Assembly: GCA_950097015.1 (NCBI GenBank)
Contig: CATNEN010000029.1
Coordinates: 4,340,001 to 4,404,000, forward strand
Source: Macrostomum hystrix
Taxonomy: Eukaryota > Animalia > Platyhelminthes
Length of the DNA: 64,000 nt
Reading direction: 5' to 3'
Numbering within the stretch: the first letter of the stretch is position 1; every line of letters begins with the position of its first letter. The position numbers were made by a program, and so were the translations under genes. Positions 9,301 through 24,000 of the stretch are shown here, one piece after another. Under the pieces are notes generated by a model. The model was not told the origin of the DNA, searched no databases, and saw nothing but the letters and a program-made list of their open reading frames with translations.

Positions 9301-11640
9301 ACAATAAATTGATGTTTTAGAATATCAAAGAGCTTTGAATCAGTTAATAAAAATTCTAATGAGATATCAATCATTTCTTGCATATTAAACTGATTATTAA
9401 TTAAGTTTTTACTAAAAGATGGATATTCCTCATTTAAAAACTGTTCAAATAGGCAAAGATAATCATGAGCAAATTGTGAAACCATTTCTTTTACCAATTC
9501 ACATAACTGATTAGACTTTCTTTAGAAAAAAAATACATTTTTACATTTGAAATAATAGTATACAAAGTTTTTAGCAAGGTTTTTTCTTATATTGTCTCTA
9601 AGGGTATCGTATGTTATTTTTTCTGGATTTATTGGTGGAATACTTTCATTTTCTTCATTTAAGCCATTATTAGGCTCATTGGTACTACTAAGACTAGGTT
9701 GACAATGATCAGGACAGACTTCAACAGACTGCATTTTTTCATCCTCAGTTTTCAGAGCATTTTCTAAATTAGACATAACATAAGAATCAACATTAGTAAG
9801 TTGACTATGCATACGATAAGCATGAGCTCTTAAAGCTTCTATTGAACCACTACTATAAAAACTATCTAAGATAGGGCAGGTAAAACAGTGACATCCAAAT
9901 GAATGTGTAAACTTAATATGAGATATAACCTTAAAAATACTTTGACATTAAAATGAAAAAATGTACATTTTATATTTATTTTACTATTCTTATGATTAGA
10001 TTTAGAAGCATGATGCCTATCCACATCCTGTTCCATGAAAAACCTATTTCGAAGACTAAATATCTAATATCTATTCGACTTTACTCACTACGCACTAATC
10101 TCAGCGGCTGAAATTGCAAGTCAACAGTTCAAATTTCAGAGACTTATAAATCAGAAATTCTGAAATTATCAAATGTCATAAAAGAGAGCAAAAATTGAAA
10201 TTATGAAGTGTGCAAAATCGCAAAAATGTCCCGCTAGACTTAAAACAGTACTCACTCTGCGCGTCAGCCAGGAGCTTGGCTCTTCGCAGCTCAAGCGCAA
10301 ACCCCTTACAGGAAGGGCACCCTCGGGTCAGCTCTGTCGGCTGTGGCAGGACGTTGGTCAAATTTGCGTCATAAGAAGCAAAATTCGCGTTGGTCGCGAA
10401 CGGACCGCGAATCAGTCTGCCGGTGTACTTCCTGGCAGTCTTTCGGTTTGTTTTCGGGGTGACAACTTGTACAACGCAGCCAACAGTCACAGGACGTGCG
10501 GAGTCCCGAGCCACGGCGACCATTGCTGGTGTCGGAGCAGAGCTCTCTGTACCGACAACCAGATTTTTTACTTTATACATGTACTCATCGTACTGAAAGA
10601 CGAAGAACCTCTGCGTATTCTCACACTTGTATGGAACCATGTCGGTGGTACCTCGATCGGCTGCGGCGGCAGCAGTCCGTGACGACGAGTTGGCATCGGA
10701 GTATCCACTCCTATCCGAATTTCTATTTCTATTTTGTATACGAAAGGACGTGCGGTAACACATCAAGTACTTACTATACGCATCAGCTGTCAAGTCAAAG
10801 TCAAAGTCTGAGTCATCAATCGAAGTCAACCTGAACGAAATGTAGCAAACATAGATCGAAGGCAGCCCTACATACACTGGCACAAAAATTTTGAAAGAAA
10901 CGTAGTAGAGTAAGAAGCGAGCATCACCTCCTGCTCAAAAATGCACTTAGGGTAGTCAAAAGGAAACTAGGGAATTATAGTGACCTTCACGGGTTCAATC
11001 AAGTCGGTCTTCATCTGATGAGACAGATAGATGGATAGCCCCTGTCGACTGCTTCAATGGTATGATGTAATCTAAAGTTTTCCTATTTATGAAAGAAAAG
11101 CACACTTTTTAGTAATAATCTGTGCACAGTTTACGCAAATTCACATGTATAATTACACGCTGAAAATTGACATGAAAGGGGACAGAAATGGCATAAAAAT
11201 GGATTTCTTTTTCCCCGGGTATATTATATTTAAAAACACGTGAACTTCACTTCAAGTGAACTCCCTCATCCGGATTTTGTCTGTTTCACTATCCGGGATT
11301 TTATCACTGTAAAGCCGGATTCACAGCCTTATAAAATACCGGAGCAACACCGGGTAGAAAGCTATGATTCATCCGACTTTCATCCGCTTCTTATTCCGGT
11401 TGGCAGTCCGGTTTTAATCCGCTGATCGACCGGAGCAGGAATCGGACACAATCCGGATAAAATGTTATCAATAAAAACACTTTAATCCGGTTTTGCTCCA
11501 AAGTTCCCTCCGTTTGTTAGTCCGGTAAGAACTGCCGGATCAAAACCGGATAAAAATTCATTTTCGTCCGGAAAAGTAGAAAATTACGGATTAAACCGGA
11601 TGAAGGCTGGATAAATACCGGGTACCGATGGCCAGGCGGG
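6317..11640 (-). mobile_element. ~5.3 kb composite insertion, probably CMC/EnSpm-like DNA transposon derivative(s)
   Basis: Interrupts the 32-bp array; has motif-dense blocks (GGTCC at 7502-7945, CCGG at 11245-11640 ending GCCAGGCGGG) and broken minus-strand ORFs. No matching TIR pair or TSD found. Confidence 0.5.
8686..10830 (-). pseudogene. Fragmented, probably spliced TE accessory-type gene (CMC ORF2-like), antisense to Rad6
   Basis: Protein-like segments 10176-10830, 9522-9812, 9249-9497, 9014-9205 and 8686-9033. The last two join through a T7 run (9037-9043) with a frameshift. C-terminal VYVAFNLQHVPFLEPFLE resembles the Y-x-x-FNL-x-YP ending I recall from animal CMC accessory proteins. 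Confidence 0.4.
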
Positions 11641-11720
11641 ATAATGAGCATCCAATAGATGCCCAGTATGTTATAATGCGCATCTAATAGATGCCCAGTT
11701 TGTTATAATGAGCATCCATA
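11641..11720. repeat. Remnant (~2.5 units) of the 32-bp Rad6 intron minisatellite
   Basis: ATAATGAGCATCCAATAGATGCCCAGTATGTT... matches the 5537-6316 unit. Confidence 0.93.
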
Positions 11721-11749
11721 CAGAGCTGCCGCCCACTGGAACATTGCAG

Positions 11750-11938
11750 GCAAAGTGGAGCCCAACCTACGATGTGTCGGCCGTGCTCACCTCCATCCAG
11801 TCGCTACTTGACGAGCCGAACCCAAACTCGCCTGCTAACAATGTGGCAGCCACTCTGTACCAGGAGAACAAGCGAGAATACGAGAAGAAGGTTAGGGCCA
11901 TTGTTGAAGAGAGCTGGGAGAGCGCTATGTCTACCTGA
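11750..11938 (+). CDS. UBE2A: Rad6/UBE2A-B, exon 2 (AKWSPTYDV...[10 protein letters not shown]), protein 155 aa
   Basis: Acceptor TTGCAG|; [28 protein letters not shown] motif in phase with exon 1; AATAAA at 12002 and 12266. Confidence 0.96.
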   Translation, partial: AKWSPTYDVSAVLTSIQSLLDEPNPNSPANNVAATLYQENKREYEKKVRAIVEESWESAMST

Positions 11939-13017
11939 GAATAATATTTGACGATGACTGGCTTGCGTCTTGTGAGACCAGTGGGGCTGTAAAACATATT
12001 TAATAAACGTGCCTAGACTGTATGTCTAAAATCGATTACGGACGATGAAATCGTGGGGTGGGGTTCAAATGTGAATGTATGCTTTTTTTAGTATAGCAAG
12101 ACTGTGTTTGTTTGAATTATTAGTCAATCTATTGGGATATGTAGTTTATTTATTAGTAATAGCTAAGTTCCATATTTCTGTAATTTTCCCACTTTAATTT
12201 TGTCTTATTCAGGCTTTTTGTTTATTAAACTATTTTCAATCTAAAGTCATTTAAAACAGGTAAATAATAAATTGTTTTGCTTTACCTCTTAGAATTTTCT
12301 TGCTTCTAAAGGTTTCACGCCATATGCACTAATTGCTACTCACAGTAGAGTGGTGTGTAAGTAGGTGCTGCGCATTCGCAGTTATTTTTCTTTCCTACTG
12401 ATTTTTATTTTGTTTTTTAGTAGGATCCGTAGGAACTTATTGTCTTTCTTTATCCTGCCTGCCTCAGTTGCATCCCCACGGCTGCACACTCGCGCACTAA
12501 AGCACACAATCACACCTGACTCCACTGTTTGAAAGGCCTCACGAGCAAATACAATTAACTGTTTATCCTAGAATACACGTACAAAAATTCGTGTCGTGTG
12601 TTAATTGCTTCACTTTTTATTATTATTTTTATAATTATTTTCACTCCGTGTGTGTTTCACCACAAATCCATGCTTTCTGAAGTGAACAAATCTAATACTG
12701 AAATATATCATAACCCATATTATTTTAGCAAAAGCTGTTGAGTTTTTGAGCTGAAACAGCTAAAAATGCAATTTTTACTCGGCGATGCGAGACTCAAAAG
12801 CTAGACTCATAGCTGACTAATTAATTATTTGCAACTGCTAATCAATGTAACTAAGTTAAGAAATTTTAGTTTTGCTTTTTCATTTTTTAATCTTACACTG
12901 AAGAAATAGCCTGCTTGTCAGCGAGTCTGCTCAGGAAACATACTGATAATCCAGCTTTGACGTTACGTTTTAGTTGTTGGATGAACTAGCAAACCTAGTC
13001 TTAATAAGTTGGTATCC

Positions 13018-13757
13018 ATGGCATAGATTAGCAATCCAGCCTATTCGTTCATTCATGGCATAGATTAGCAATCCAGCCTATTCGTTCATTCATGGCACAG
13101 ATTAGCAATCCAGCCTATTCGTTCATTCATGGCACAGATTAGCAATCCAGCCTATTCGTTCATTCATGGCACAGATTAGCAATCCAGCCTATTCGTTCAT
13201 TCATGGCATAGATTAGCAATCCAGCCTATTCGTTCATTCATGGCATAGATTAGCAATCCAGCCTATTCGTTCATTCATGGCATAGATTAGCAATCCAGCC
13301 TATTCGCTCATTCATGGCATAGATTAGCAATCCAGCCTATTCGTTCATCCATGGCATAGATTAGCAATCCAGCCTATTCGTTCATTCATGGCATAGATTA
13401 GCAATCCAGCCTATTCGCTCATTCATGGCATAGATTAGCAATCCAGCCTATTCGTTCATCCATGGCATAGATTAGCAATCCAGCCTATTCGTTCATCCAT
13501 GGCATAGATTAGCAATCCAGCCTATTCGTTCATTCATGGCATAGATTAGCAATCCAGCCTATTCGTTCATTCATGGCATAGATTAGCAATCCAGCCTATT
13601 CCTTCATACATGGCATAGATTAGCAATCCAGCCTATTCCTTCATACATGGCATAGATTAGCAATCCAGCCTATTCGTTCATTCATGGCATAGATTAGCAA
13701 TCCAGCCTATTCGTTCATTCATGGCATAGATTAGCAATCCAGCCTATTCGCTCATTC
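13018..13757. repeat. 37-bp minisatellite (ATGGCATAGATTAGCAATCCAGCCTATTCGTTCATTC), ~20 copies
   Basis: Directly visible. Confidence 0.97.
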
Positions 13758-15207
13758 GAAGCCGAGTGGGTGCGGGCGCTGCAGGTAGTCAGATGGTGGC
13801 TTCTAGACCCAACACAACAGGGCTGGCAGCGCAGCCCAAGGTGGGAAGTTGCGTCATCCATTTCGCCGCCGTCGAGTCGCGTTGCAACCTCCGGGGGGTG
13901 GGCGGGCGCCCCGTCTGCCCGCTGTGTTCGACTCTCGACCCCCGTGGGTGCGTCTGGTTGGTTTAGCGGAAGGCCATAGAAGCTTGGTTTCTACAAAGAG
14001 AAACGCGCGAAGCGAACGGGATAGCGGACCCCTCAGGCCCCTCCGCTCCCTCCCAACCCCCCGCTGGCATCCGGGGGCCGTCGAGAGGGGCGGACCCGGC
14101 CGACCCAGTTTGCATGCGCGCCAGTTTTGTTCCCCTTGCGGTTTTGACTTTGTCCAACCCCCGCCCCCTGTTCTGCTTGAGAATAAGAGCTCAGAGGACG
14201 TCAGAAGACATTGGGGAGTTTTGAGAACTCTCTCTGGAAGCAGTTTTGGCACCAAACTGCCAAAACCTAGCACAGGTGGCCAGCGCTGCGTGGTGGCTGC
14301 TAGCCTAGCCTATGCCATAGAGCATTGCTCCCATACCGTGTCGAATCCAATAGCTCCAATGCTTCGTCTTAGTCGGCCCTGGCAGGTGCGACGGGCGGTG
14401 AGCGGATAAAACAAATCGAAAACTTTACAAGCTGTCTATGGCCTGCTCAAAACAGTGCCGGGGATTCTAGGGAACTGAAAGCGATGAAAATCGCCATTTT
14501 TTGTAATAAATATTCCCAGTTTGGTTCAAAAGTAATCTGTTTTGCCTCTCTCCATCTTTCTCTCGGTTCTTCTCATAGTCTGTTCCCCTCTTCCCCCTCC
14601 CTCTCATAATCTCAGTCTCTCCTTGTCTCTCAACTAGCATAATCTCACAGTCTCTCCGTGTCTCTCCCTCTCTCTCTCGTAAAATTTGATTGTACTCAAA
14701 TAAATATCTATAGAGAATTCACCTGACTACCAATAAACTCAATATTCAAAGTTATAGTTCCAATTGAATTAATCGAAGAATCTGTTGGTAGCGTTTTAGT
14801 TGTGTGTTGTTTGTTAATGTTTTAGGCGAGACAATCGCATAGAGACATCGTAAATCTTACATTTATTGTGTCTTGAATTTGTGATTTACGTCCTGTGTAT
14901 ATTTTAATCGCTAACTAAGGAAATCATTATTTGTTACAATTTGACTTAACTTATTCTGTTATTGAATATGTGGTGTATCGAAATCAGTTATTTGTCATGA
15001 TTCTGTGGCTATAATGAATCGATGATAATTGAACCAATTACCTACTCATCTCACACTGATCAATTCTTACACCGATTAGTAAGTAGCTAAGTGATCAAGT
15101 AAATATAGGTAAACTCAAGGTGTCTGCATTTAATAAAAGTAACTAAATACACAAATACCAGTTCATATTCACATTCGCATACTATCAAACCAGAGATCAC
15201 AATCCTC

Positions 15208-16420
15208 GATTGCAAATCCTAGATTACCAAATCCAAGATTACCAAATTCTAGATTACCAAATCAAAGATTACCAAATCCAAGATTACCAAATCAAAGATT
15301 ACCAAATTCAAGATGACCAAATCAAAGATTACCAAATCCAAGATTACCAAATCCAAGATTACCAAAACTCAAGTTTACCTAATTCAAGATTGCCAAATCC
15401 AAGATAACCAAACTCAAGTTTACCTAATTCAAGATTACCAAACTCAAGATTACCAAACTCAAGTTTACCTAATTCAAGATTACCAAACTCAAGATTACCA
15501 AACTCAAGTTTACCTAATTCAAGATTGCCAAACTCAAGATTACCAAACTCAAGTTTACCTAATTCAAGATTACCAAACTCAAGATTACCAAATCCAAGTT
15601 TACCTAATTCAAGATTACCAAATCCAAGATTACCAAATCAAAGATTACCAAGTCCAAGATTACCAAACTCAAGTTTACCTAATTCAAGATTGCCAAATCC
15701 AAGATTACCAAACTCAAGTTTACCTAATTCAAGATTACCAAACTCAAGATTACCAAACTCAAGTTTACCTAATTCAAGATTGCCAAATCCAAGATTACCA
15801 AACTCAAGTTTACCTAATTCAAGATGACCAAACTCAAGATTACCAAACTCAAGTTTACCTAATCCAAGATTACCAAATCCAAGATTACCAAATCAAAGAT
15901 TACCAAGTCCTAGATTACCAAATCCAAGATTACCAAATTCAAGATTACCAAATCAAAGATTATCAAATCCAAGATTACCAAATTTAAGATTACCAAATCC
16001 AAGATTACCAAATCAAAGATTACCAAATCCAAGATTACCAAATTCAAGATTACCAAATCTAAGATAACCAAATCAAAGATTACCAAATCCAAGATTACCA
16101 AACTCAAGATTATCAAATCCAAGATTACCAAATCTAAGATAACCAAATCAAAGATTACCAAATCAAAGATTACCTAATCCAAGATTACCAAATCCAAGAT
16201 TACCAAACTCAAGTTTACCTAATTCAAGATTGCCAAATCCAAGATTACCAAACTCAAGTTTACCTAATTCAAGATTATCAAACTCAAGATTACCAAACTC
16301 AAGTTTACCTAATTCAAGATTACCAAATCCAAGATTACCAAATCCAAGATTACCAAACTCAAGTTTACCTAATTCAAGATTGCCAAATCCAAGATTTCCT
16401 AACACGAGATTACCAAATCG
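15208..16420. repeat. 15-bp minisatellite (CCAAATCCAAGATTA) with a 30-bp dimer variant
   Basis: Directly visible; source of the QIQDY, PNSRL and LVILD pseudo-ORFs. Confidence 0.95.
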
Positions 16421-17352
16421 AAGACTACTGAATCCGAGAATAAATTATCAATCAGATCACCAAATATGGGAATGCAAAATTCAAGATTTGTGAATCTAGA
16501 GTTACTAATGTTGAGACTATTTATAAATAACGTCAATAAGTTCAACCTATATTTTACCGTAATTACTCGTATGATAAAATATATTTACTGAGCTAGAATA
16601 AAATTTGTATCCAACATTCTTTAGCGACCTCTTGAACTTGTGAAACTCGCCAGCAAACTCAGCCGACTTATAATCGAAAGGCATGTTGAATTCCAAGCAT
16701 TAATTCTATAGTAAGCTCTTAATCCAATACATTCCAATGCGTCACTCATTAACTTGCCTCTGGCTATTGGATTACACGAAAAAAATTCACTCTCTACCCA
16801 TCAACAGGCGGGACAGGCCTGCTAAAACTAAGCTTGGTGTCTATGGCCCAAACCCCCGCTGAGCGCAAGTCAGACTCACAATGCGTATAGGATTTTTGAG
16901 CAGAATTCGCTCGCGACTCAAACCCAATCCCCTAGCAGATTCGCTTCAGTGCACGCCATTGGAGTGAGACTATAGTAAATTCTCGCCGCCAAACACGCCC
17001 CAGAGATCCACGGGTACACATTCTAGCACAGACAGACACCACCATCGCCCGCCTCCACGCAGTCCACTGTTGCCGGGGCGAAATCTGGGACTTGGATATT
17101 GGGGTGGGCGGCTGTCTGTCTCTCTCTGTATTGGGAAGAATTTGTTTTATTGGGAAAGAATGGCGTAATGAATGGACAGGCGTGAAATAACAAAGTCTAT
17201 GGGCCAGGGATTTCAGTCCATCTCTTAAAAAAGTGAGATTTTATTCGCATGGCTAAACTTGTTCGTCAAGGCAGCCTCCTCTTCCGCCATCGACATCTGA
17301 CGCCAACTTTTCAGTGACAATGCCAATGCCTGTGAGATTCCTCTCGGACCAG

Positions 17353-17733
17353 CCGAGGTTTACCCGCCGAGGTTTACCCGCCGAGGTTTACCCGCCGAGG
17401 TTTACCCGCCGAGGTTTACCCGCCGAGGTTTACCCGCCGAGGTTTACCCGCCGAGGTTTACCCGCCGAGGTTTACCCGCCGAGGTTTACCCGCCGAGGTT
17501 TACCCGCCGAGGTTTACCCGCCGAAGTTTACCCACCGAGGTTTACCCGCCGAGGTTTACCCGCCGAGGCTTACCCGCCGAGGCTTACCCGCCGAGGTTTA
17601 CCCACCGAGGTTTACCCACCGAGGTTTACCCACCGAGGTTTACCCGCCGAAGTTTACCCGCCGAGGTTTACCCGCCGAGGTTTACCCGCCGAGGTTTACC
17701 CGCCGAGGTTTACCCACCGAGGCTTACCCGCCG
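17353..17733. repeat. 14-bp minisatellite (GAGGTTTACCCGCC), ~27 copies
   Basis: Directly visible. Confidence 0.96.
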
Positions 17734-18084
17734 AGCTTATACGAGCACAGAGAAGATGCGAAAAATTGAACAAAAAATTTAATTTGCACAGAAAAGTCAA
17801 ACCAGTTAAAAGCTGCTGCAGCTGCTTGAATGAGAAACTGCAAAGGGAAATTTAAATTGCAGCAATCTCGCCTCGCCTATTGGGACGCGAACCTGGCTTC
17901 AGTTAATAAATTGCTGCAATTCTTTAGCTGGACAATTTTTGCTTTCTTTGAAAGCGGACGCATCGACGGGCGAGGAAAGCCAAGGTGCACCTTAACCACC
18001 GATGCCGCCCCCACGATTGAGCTGCGACAATTCTCACCTGCTCCGAATCGCTTTTTGCTTTTTCTTTTTCTTACTCGTCAATTC

Positions 18085-21000
18085 AAAACTGAATCATTTC
18101 CGAAACTGAATCACTCCGAAACTGAATCACTCCGAGACTGAATCACTCCGAGACTGAATCACTCCGAGACTGAATCACTCCGAGACTGAATCACTCCGAA
18201 ACTGAATCACTCCGAAACTGAATCACTCCGAGACTGAATCACTCCGAAACTGAATCACTCCGAAACTGAATCACTCCGAAACTGAATCACTCCGAAACTG
18301 AATCACTCCGAGACTGAATCACTCCGAAACTGAATCACTCCGAAACTGAATCAATCCGAACTGAATCACTCTGAAACTGAATCACCCCGAAACTGAATGA
18401 ATCCGAAACTGAATCACCCCGAAACTGAATCACTACGAAACTGAATCACTCCGAAACTGAATCACCCCGAAACTGAATGAATCCGAAACTGAATCACCCC
18501 GAAACTGAATCACTACGAAACTGAATCACTCCGAAACTGAATCACCCCGAAACTGAATGAATCCGAAACTGAATCACTCCGAAACTGAATCACTCCGAGA
18601 CTGAATCACTCCGAAACTGAATCACTCCGAAACTGAATCAATCCGAACTGAATCACTCCGAAACTGAATCACTCCGAAACTGAATCAATCCGAACTGAAT
18701 CACTCTGAAACTGAATCACCCCGAAACTGAATGAATCCGAAACTGAATCACCCCGAAACTGAATCACTACGAAACTGAATCACTCCGAAACTGAATCACT
18801 CCGAAACTGAATCACCCCGAAACTGAATGAATCCGAAACTGAATCACCCCGAAACTGAATCACTACGAAACTGAATCACTCCGAAACTGAATCACCCCGA
18901 AACTGAATGAATCCGAAACTGAATCACTCCGAAACTGAATCAATCCGAAACTGAATCACTCCGAAACTGAATCTATCCGAAACTGAATCTATCCGAAACT
19001 GAATCACTCCGAAACTGAATCACTCCGAAACTGAATCACTCCGAAACTGAATGAATCCGAAACTGAATCACTCCGAGACTGAATCACTCCGAGACTGAAT
19101 CACTCCGAAACTGAATCACTCCGAAACTGAATCACTCCGAAACTGAATCACTCCGAGACTGAATCACTCCGAGACTGAATCACTCCGAGACTGAATCACT
19201 CCGAAACTGAATCACTCCGAAACTGAATCACTCCGAGACTGAATCACTCCGAAACTGAATCACTCCGAAACTGAATCAATCCGAACTGAATCACTCCGAA
19301 ACTGAATCACTCCGAAACTGAATCACTCCGAAACTGAATCACTCCGAGACTGAATCACTCCGAAACTGAATCACTCCGAAACTGAATCACTCCGAGACTG
19401 AATCGCTCCGAAACTGAATCACTCCGAAACTGAATCAATCCGAACTGAATCACTCCGAAACTGAATCACCCCGAAACTGAATGAATCCGAAACTGAATCA
19501 CCCCGAAACTGAATCACTACGAAACTGAATCACTCCGAAACTGAATCACCCCGAAACTGAATGAATCCGAAACTGAATCACTCCGAAACTGAATCAATCC
19601 GAAACTGAATCACTCCGAAACTGAATCTATCCGAAACTGAATCTATCCGAAACTGAATCACTCCGAAACTGAATCACTCCGAAACTGAATCACTCCGAAA
19701 CTGAATCACTCCGAGACTGAATCACTCCGAAACTGAATCACTCCGAAACTGAATCAATCCGAACTGAATCACTCCGAAACTGAATCACTCCGAAACTGAA
19801 TCAATCCGAACTGAATCACTCTGAAACTGAATCACCCCGAAACTGAATGAATCCGAAACTGAATCACCCCGAAACTGAATCACTCCGAAACTGAATCACT
19901 CCGAAACTGAATCACCCCGAAACTGAATCACTCCGAAACTGAATCACTCCGAAACTGAATGAATCCGAAACTGAATCACTCCGAAACTGAATCAATCCGA
20001 AACTGAATCACTCCGAAACTGAATCTATCCGAAACTGAATCTATCCAAAACTGAATCACTCCGAAACTGAATCACTCCGAGACTGAATCACCCCGAAACT
20101 GAATCACCCCGAAACTGAATCACTCCGAAACTGAATCACTCCGAAACTGAATCACTCCGAAACTGAATCACTCTGAGACTGAATCACTCCGAAACTGAAT
20201 CACTCTGAAACTGAATCACCCCGAAACTGAATGAATCCGAAACTGAACCACCCCGAAACTGAATCACTCCGAAACTGAATCACTCCGAAACTGAATCACC
20301 CCGAAACTGAATGAATCCGAAACTGAATCACTCCGAAACTGAATGAATCCGAAACTGAATCACTCCGAAACTGAATCAATCCGAAACTGAATCACTCCGA
20401 AACTGAATCTATCCGAAACTGAATCTATCCGAAACTGAATCACTCCGAAACTGAATCACTCCGAGACTGAATCACCCCGAAACTGAATCACCCCGAAACT
20501 GAATCACTCCGAAACTGAATCACTCCGAAACTGAATCACTCCGAAACTGAATCACTCCGAGACTGAATCACTCCGAAACTGAATCACTCCGAAACTGAAT
20601 CAATCCGAACTGAATCACTCCGAAACTGAATCACTCCGAAACTGAATCAATCCGAACTGAATCACTCCGAAACTGAATCACTCCGAAACTGAATCAATCC
20701 GAACTGAATCACTCTGAAACTGAATCACCCCGAAACTGAATGAATCCGAAACTGAATCACCCCGAAACTGAATCACTCCGAAACTGAATCACTCCGAAAC
20801 TGAATCACCCCGAAACTGAATCACTCCGAAACTGAATCACTCCGAAACTGAATGAATCCGAAACTGAATCACTCCGAAACTGAATCAATCCGAAACTGAA
20901 TCACTCCGAAACTGAATCTATCCGAAACTGAATCTATCCGAAACTGAATCACTCCGAAACTGAATCACTCCGAGACTGAATCACCCCGAAACTGAATCAC

Positions 21001-24000
21001 CCCGAAACTGAATCACTCCGAAACTGAATCACTCCGAAACTGAATCACTCCGAAACTGAATCACTCTGAGACTGAATCACTCCGAAACTGAATCACTCTG
21101 AAACTGAATCACCCCGAAACTGAATGAATCCGAAACTGAATCACCCCGAAACTGAATCACTACGAAACTGAATCACTCCGAAACTGAATCACCCCGAAAC
21201 TGAATGAATCCGAAACTGAATCACCCCGAAACTGAATCACTACGAAACTGAATCACTCCGAAACTGAATCACCCCGAAACTGAATGAATCCGAAACTGAA
21301 TCACTCCGAAACTGAATCACTCCGAGACTGAATCACTCCGAAACTGAATCACTCCGAAACTGAATCAATCCGAACTGAATCACTCCGAAACTGAATCACT
21401 CCGAAACTGAATCAATCCGAACTGAATCACTCTGAAACTGAATCACCCCGAAACTGAATGAATCCGAAACTGAATCACCCCGAAACTGAATCACTACGAA
21501 ACTGAATCACTCCGAAACTGAATCACTCCGAAACTGAATCACCCCGAAACTGAATGAATCCGAAACTGAATCACCCCGAAACTGAATCACTACGAAACTG
21601 AATCACTCCGAAACTGAATCACCCCGAAACTGAATGAATCCGAAACTGAATCACTCCGAAACTGAATCAATCCGAAACTGAATCACTCCGAAACTGAATC
21701 TATCCGAAACTGAATCCATCCGAAACTGAATCACTCCGAAACTGAATCACTCCGAAACTGAATCACTCCGAAACTGAATGAATCCGAAACTGAATCACTC
21801 CGAGACTGAATCACTCCGAGACTGAATCACTCCGAAACTGAATCACTCCGAAACTGAATCACTCCGAAACTGAATCACTCCGAGACTGAATCACTCCGAG
21901 ACTGAATCACTCCGAGACTGAATCACTCCGAAACTGAATCACTCCGAAACTGAATCACTCCGAGACTGAATCACTCCGAAACTGAATCACTCCGAAACTG
22001 AATCAATCCGAACTGAATCACTCCGAAACTGAATCACTCCGAAACTGAATCACTCCGAAACTGAATCACTCCGAGACTGAATCACTCCGAAACTGAATCA
22101 CTCCGAAACTGAATCACTCCGAGACTGAATCGCTCCGAAACTGAATCACTCCGAAACTGAATCAATCCGAACTGAATCACTCCGAAACTGAATCACCCCG
22201 AAACTGAATGAATCCGAAACTGAATCACCCCGAAACTGAATCACTACGAAACTGAATCACTCCGAAACTGAATCACCCCGAAACTGAATGAATCCGAAAC
22301 TGAATCACTCCGAAACTGAATCAATCCGAAACTGAATCACTCCGAAACTGAATCTATCCGAAACTGAATCTATCCGAAACTGAATCACTCCGAAACTGAA
22401 TCACTCCGAAACTGAATCACTCCGAAACTGAATCACTCCGAGACTGAATCACTCCGAAACTGAATCACTCCGAAACTGAATCAATCCGAACTGAATCACT
22501 CCGAAACTGAATCACTCCGAAACTGAATCAATCCGAACTGAATCACTCTGAAACTGAATCACCCCGAAACTGAATGAATCCGAAACTGAATCACCCCGAA
22601 ACTGAATCACTCCGAAACTGAATCACTCCGAAACTGAATCACCCCGAAACTGAATCACTCCGAAACTGAATCACTCCGAAACTGAATGAATCCGAAACTG
22701 AATCACTCCGAAACTGAATCAATCCGAAACTGAATCACTCCGAAACTGAATCTATCCGAAACTGAATCTATCCAAAACTGAATCACTCCGAAACTGAATC
22801 ACTCCGAGACTGAATCACCCCGAAACTGAATCACCCCGAAACTGAATCACTCCGAAACTGAATCACTCCGAAACTGAATCACTCCGAAACTGAATCACTC
22901 TGAGACTGAATCACTCCGAAACTGAATCACTCTGAAACTGAATCACCCCGAAACTGAATGAATCCGAAACTGAATCACCCCGAAACTGAATCACTCCGAA
23001 ACTGAATCACTCCGAAACTGAATCACCCCGAAACTGAATGAATCCGAAACTGAATCACTCCGAAACTGAATGAATCCGAAACTGAATCACTCCGAAACTG
23101 AATCAATCCGAAACTGAATCACTCCGAAACTGAATCTATCCGAAACTGAATCTATCCGAAACTGAATCACTCCGAAACTGAATCACTCCGAGACTGAATC
23201 ACCCCGAAACTGAATCACCCCGAAACTGAATCACTCCGAAACTGAATCACTCCGAAACTGAATCACTCCGAAACTGAATCACTCCGAAACTGAATCACTC
23301 CGAAACTGAATCACTCCGAAACTGAATCAATCCGAACTGAATCACTCCGAAACTGAATCACTCCGAAACTGAATCAATCCGAACTGAATCACTCCGAAAC
23401 TGAATCACTCCGAAACTGAATCAATCCGAACTGAATCACTCTGAAACTGAATCACCCCGAAACTGAATGAATCCGAAACTGAATCACCCCGAAACTGAAT
23501 CACTCCGAAACTGAATCACTCCGAAACTGAATCACCCCGAAACTGAATCACTCCGAAACTGAATCACTCCGAAACTGAATGAATCCGAAACTGAATCACT
23601 CCGAAACTGAATCAATCCGAAACTGAATCACTCCGAAACTGAATCTATCCGAAACTGAATCTATCCGAAACTGAATCACTCCGAAACTGAATCACTCCGA
23701 GACTGAATCACCCCGAAACTGAATCACCCCGAAACTGAATCACTCCGAAACTGAATCACTCCGAAACTGAATCACTCCGAAACTGAATCACTCTGAGACT
23801 GAATCACTCCGAAACTGAATCACTCTGAAACTGAATCACCCCGAAACTGAATGAATCCGAAACTGAATCACCCCGAAACTGAATCACTCCGAAACTGAAT
23901 CACTCCGAAACTGAATCACCCCGAAACTGAATGAATCCGAAACTGAATCACTCCGAAACTGAATGAATCCGAAACTGAATCACTCCGAAACTGAATCAAT

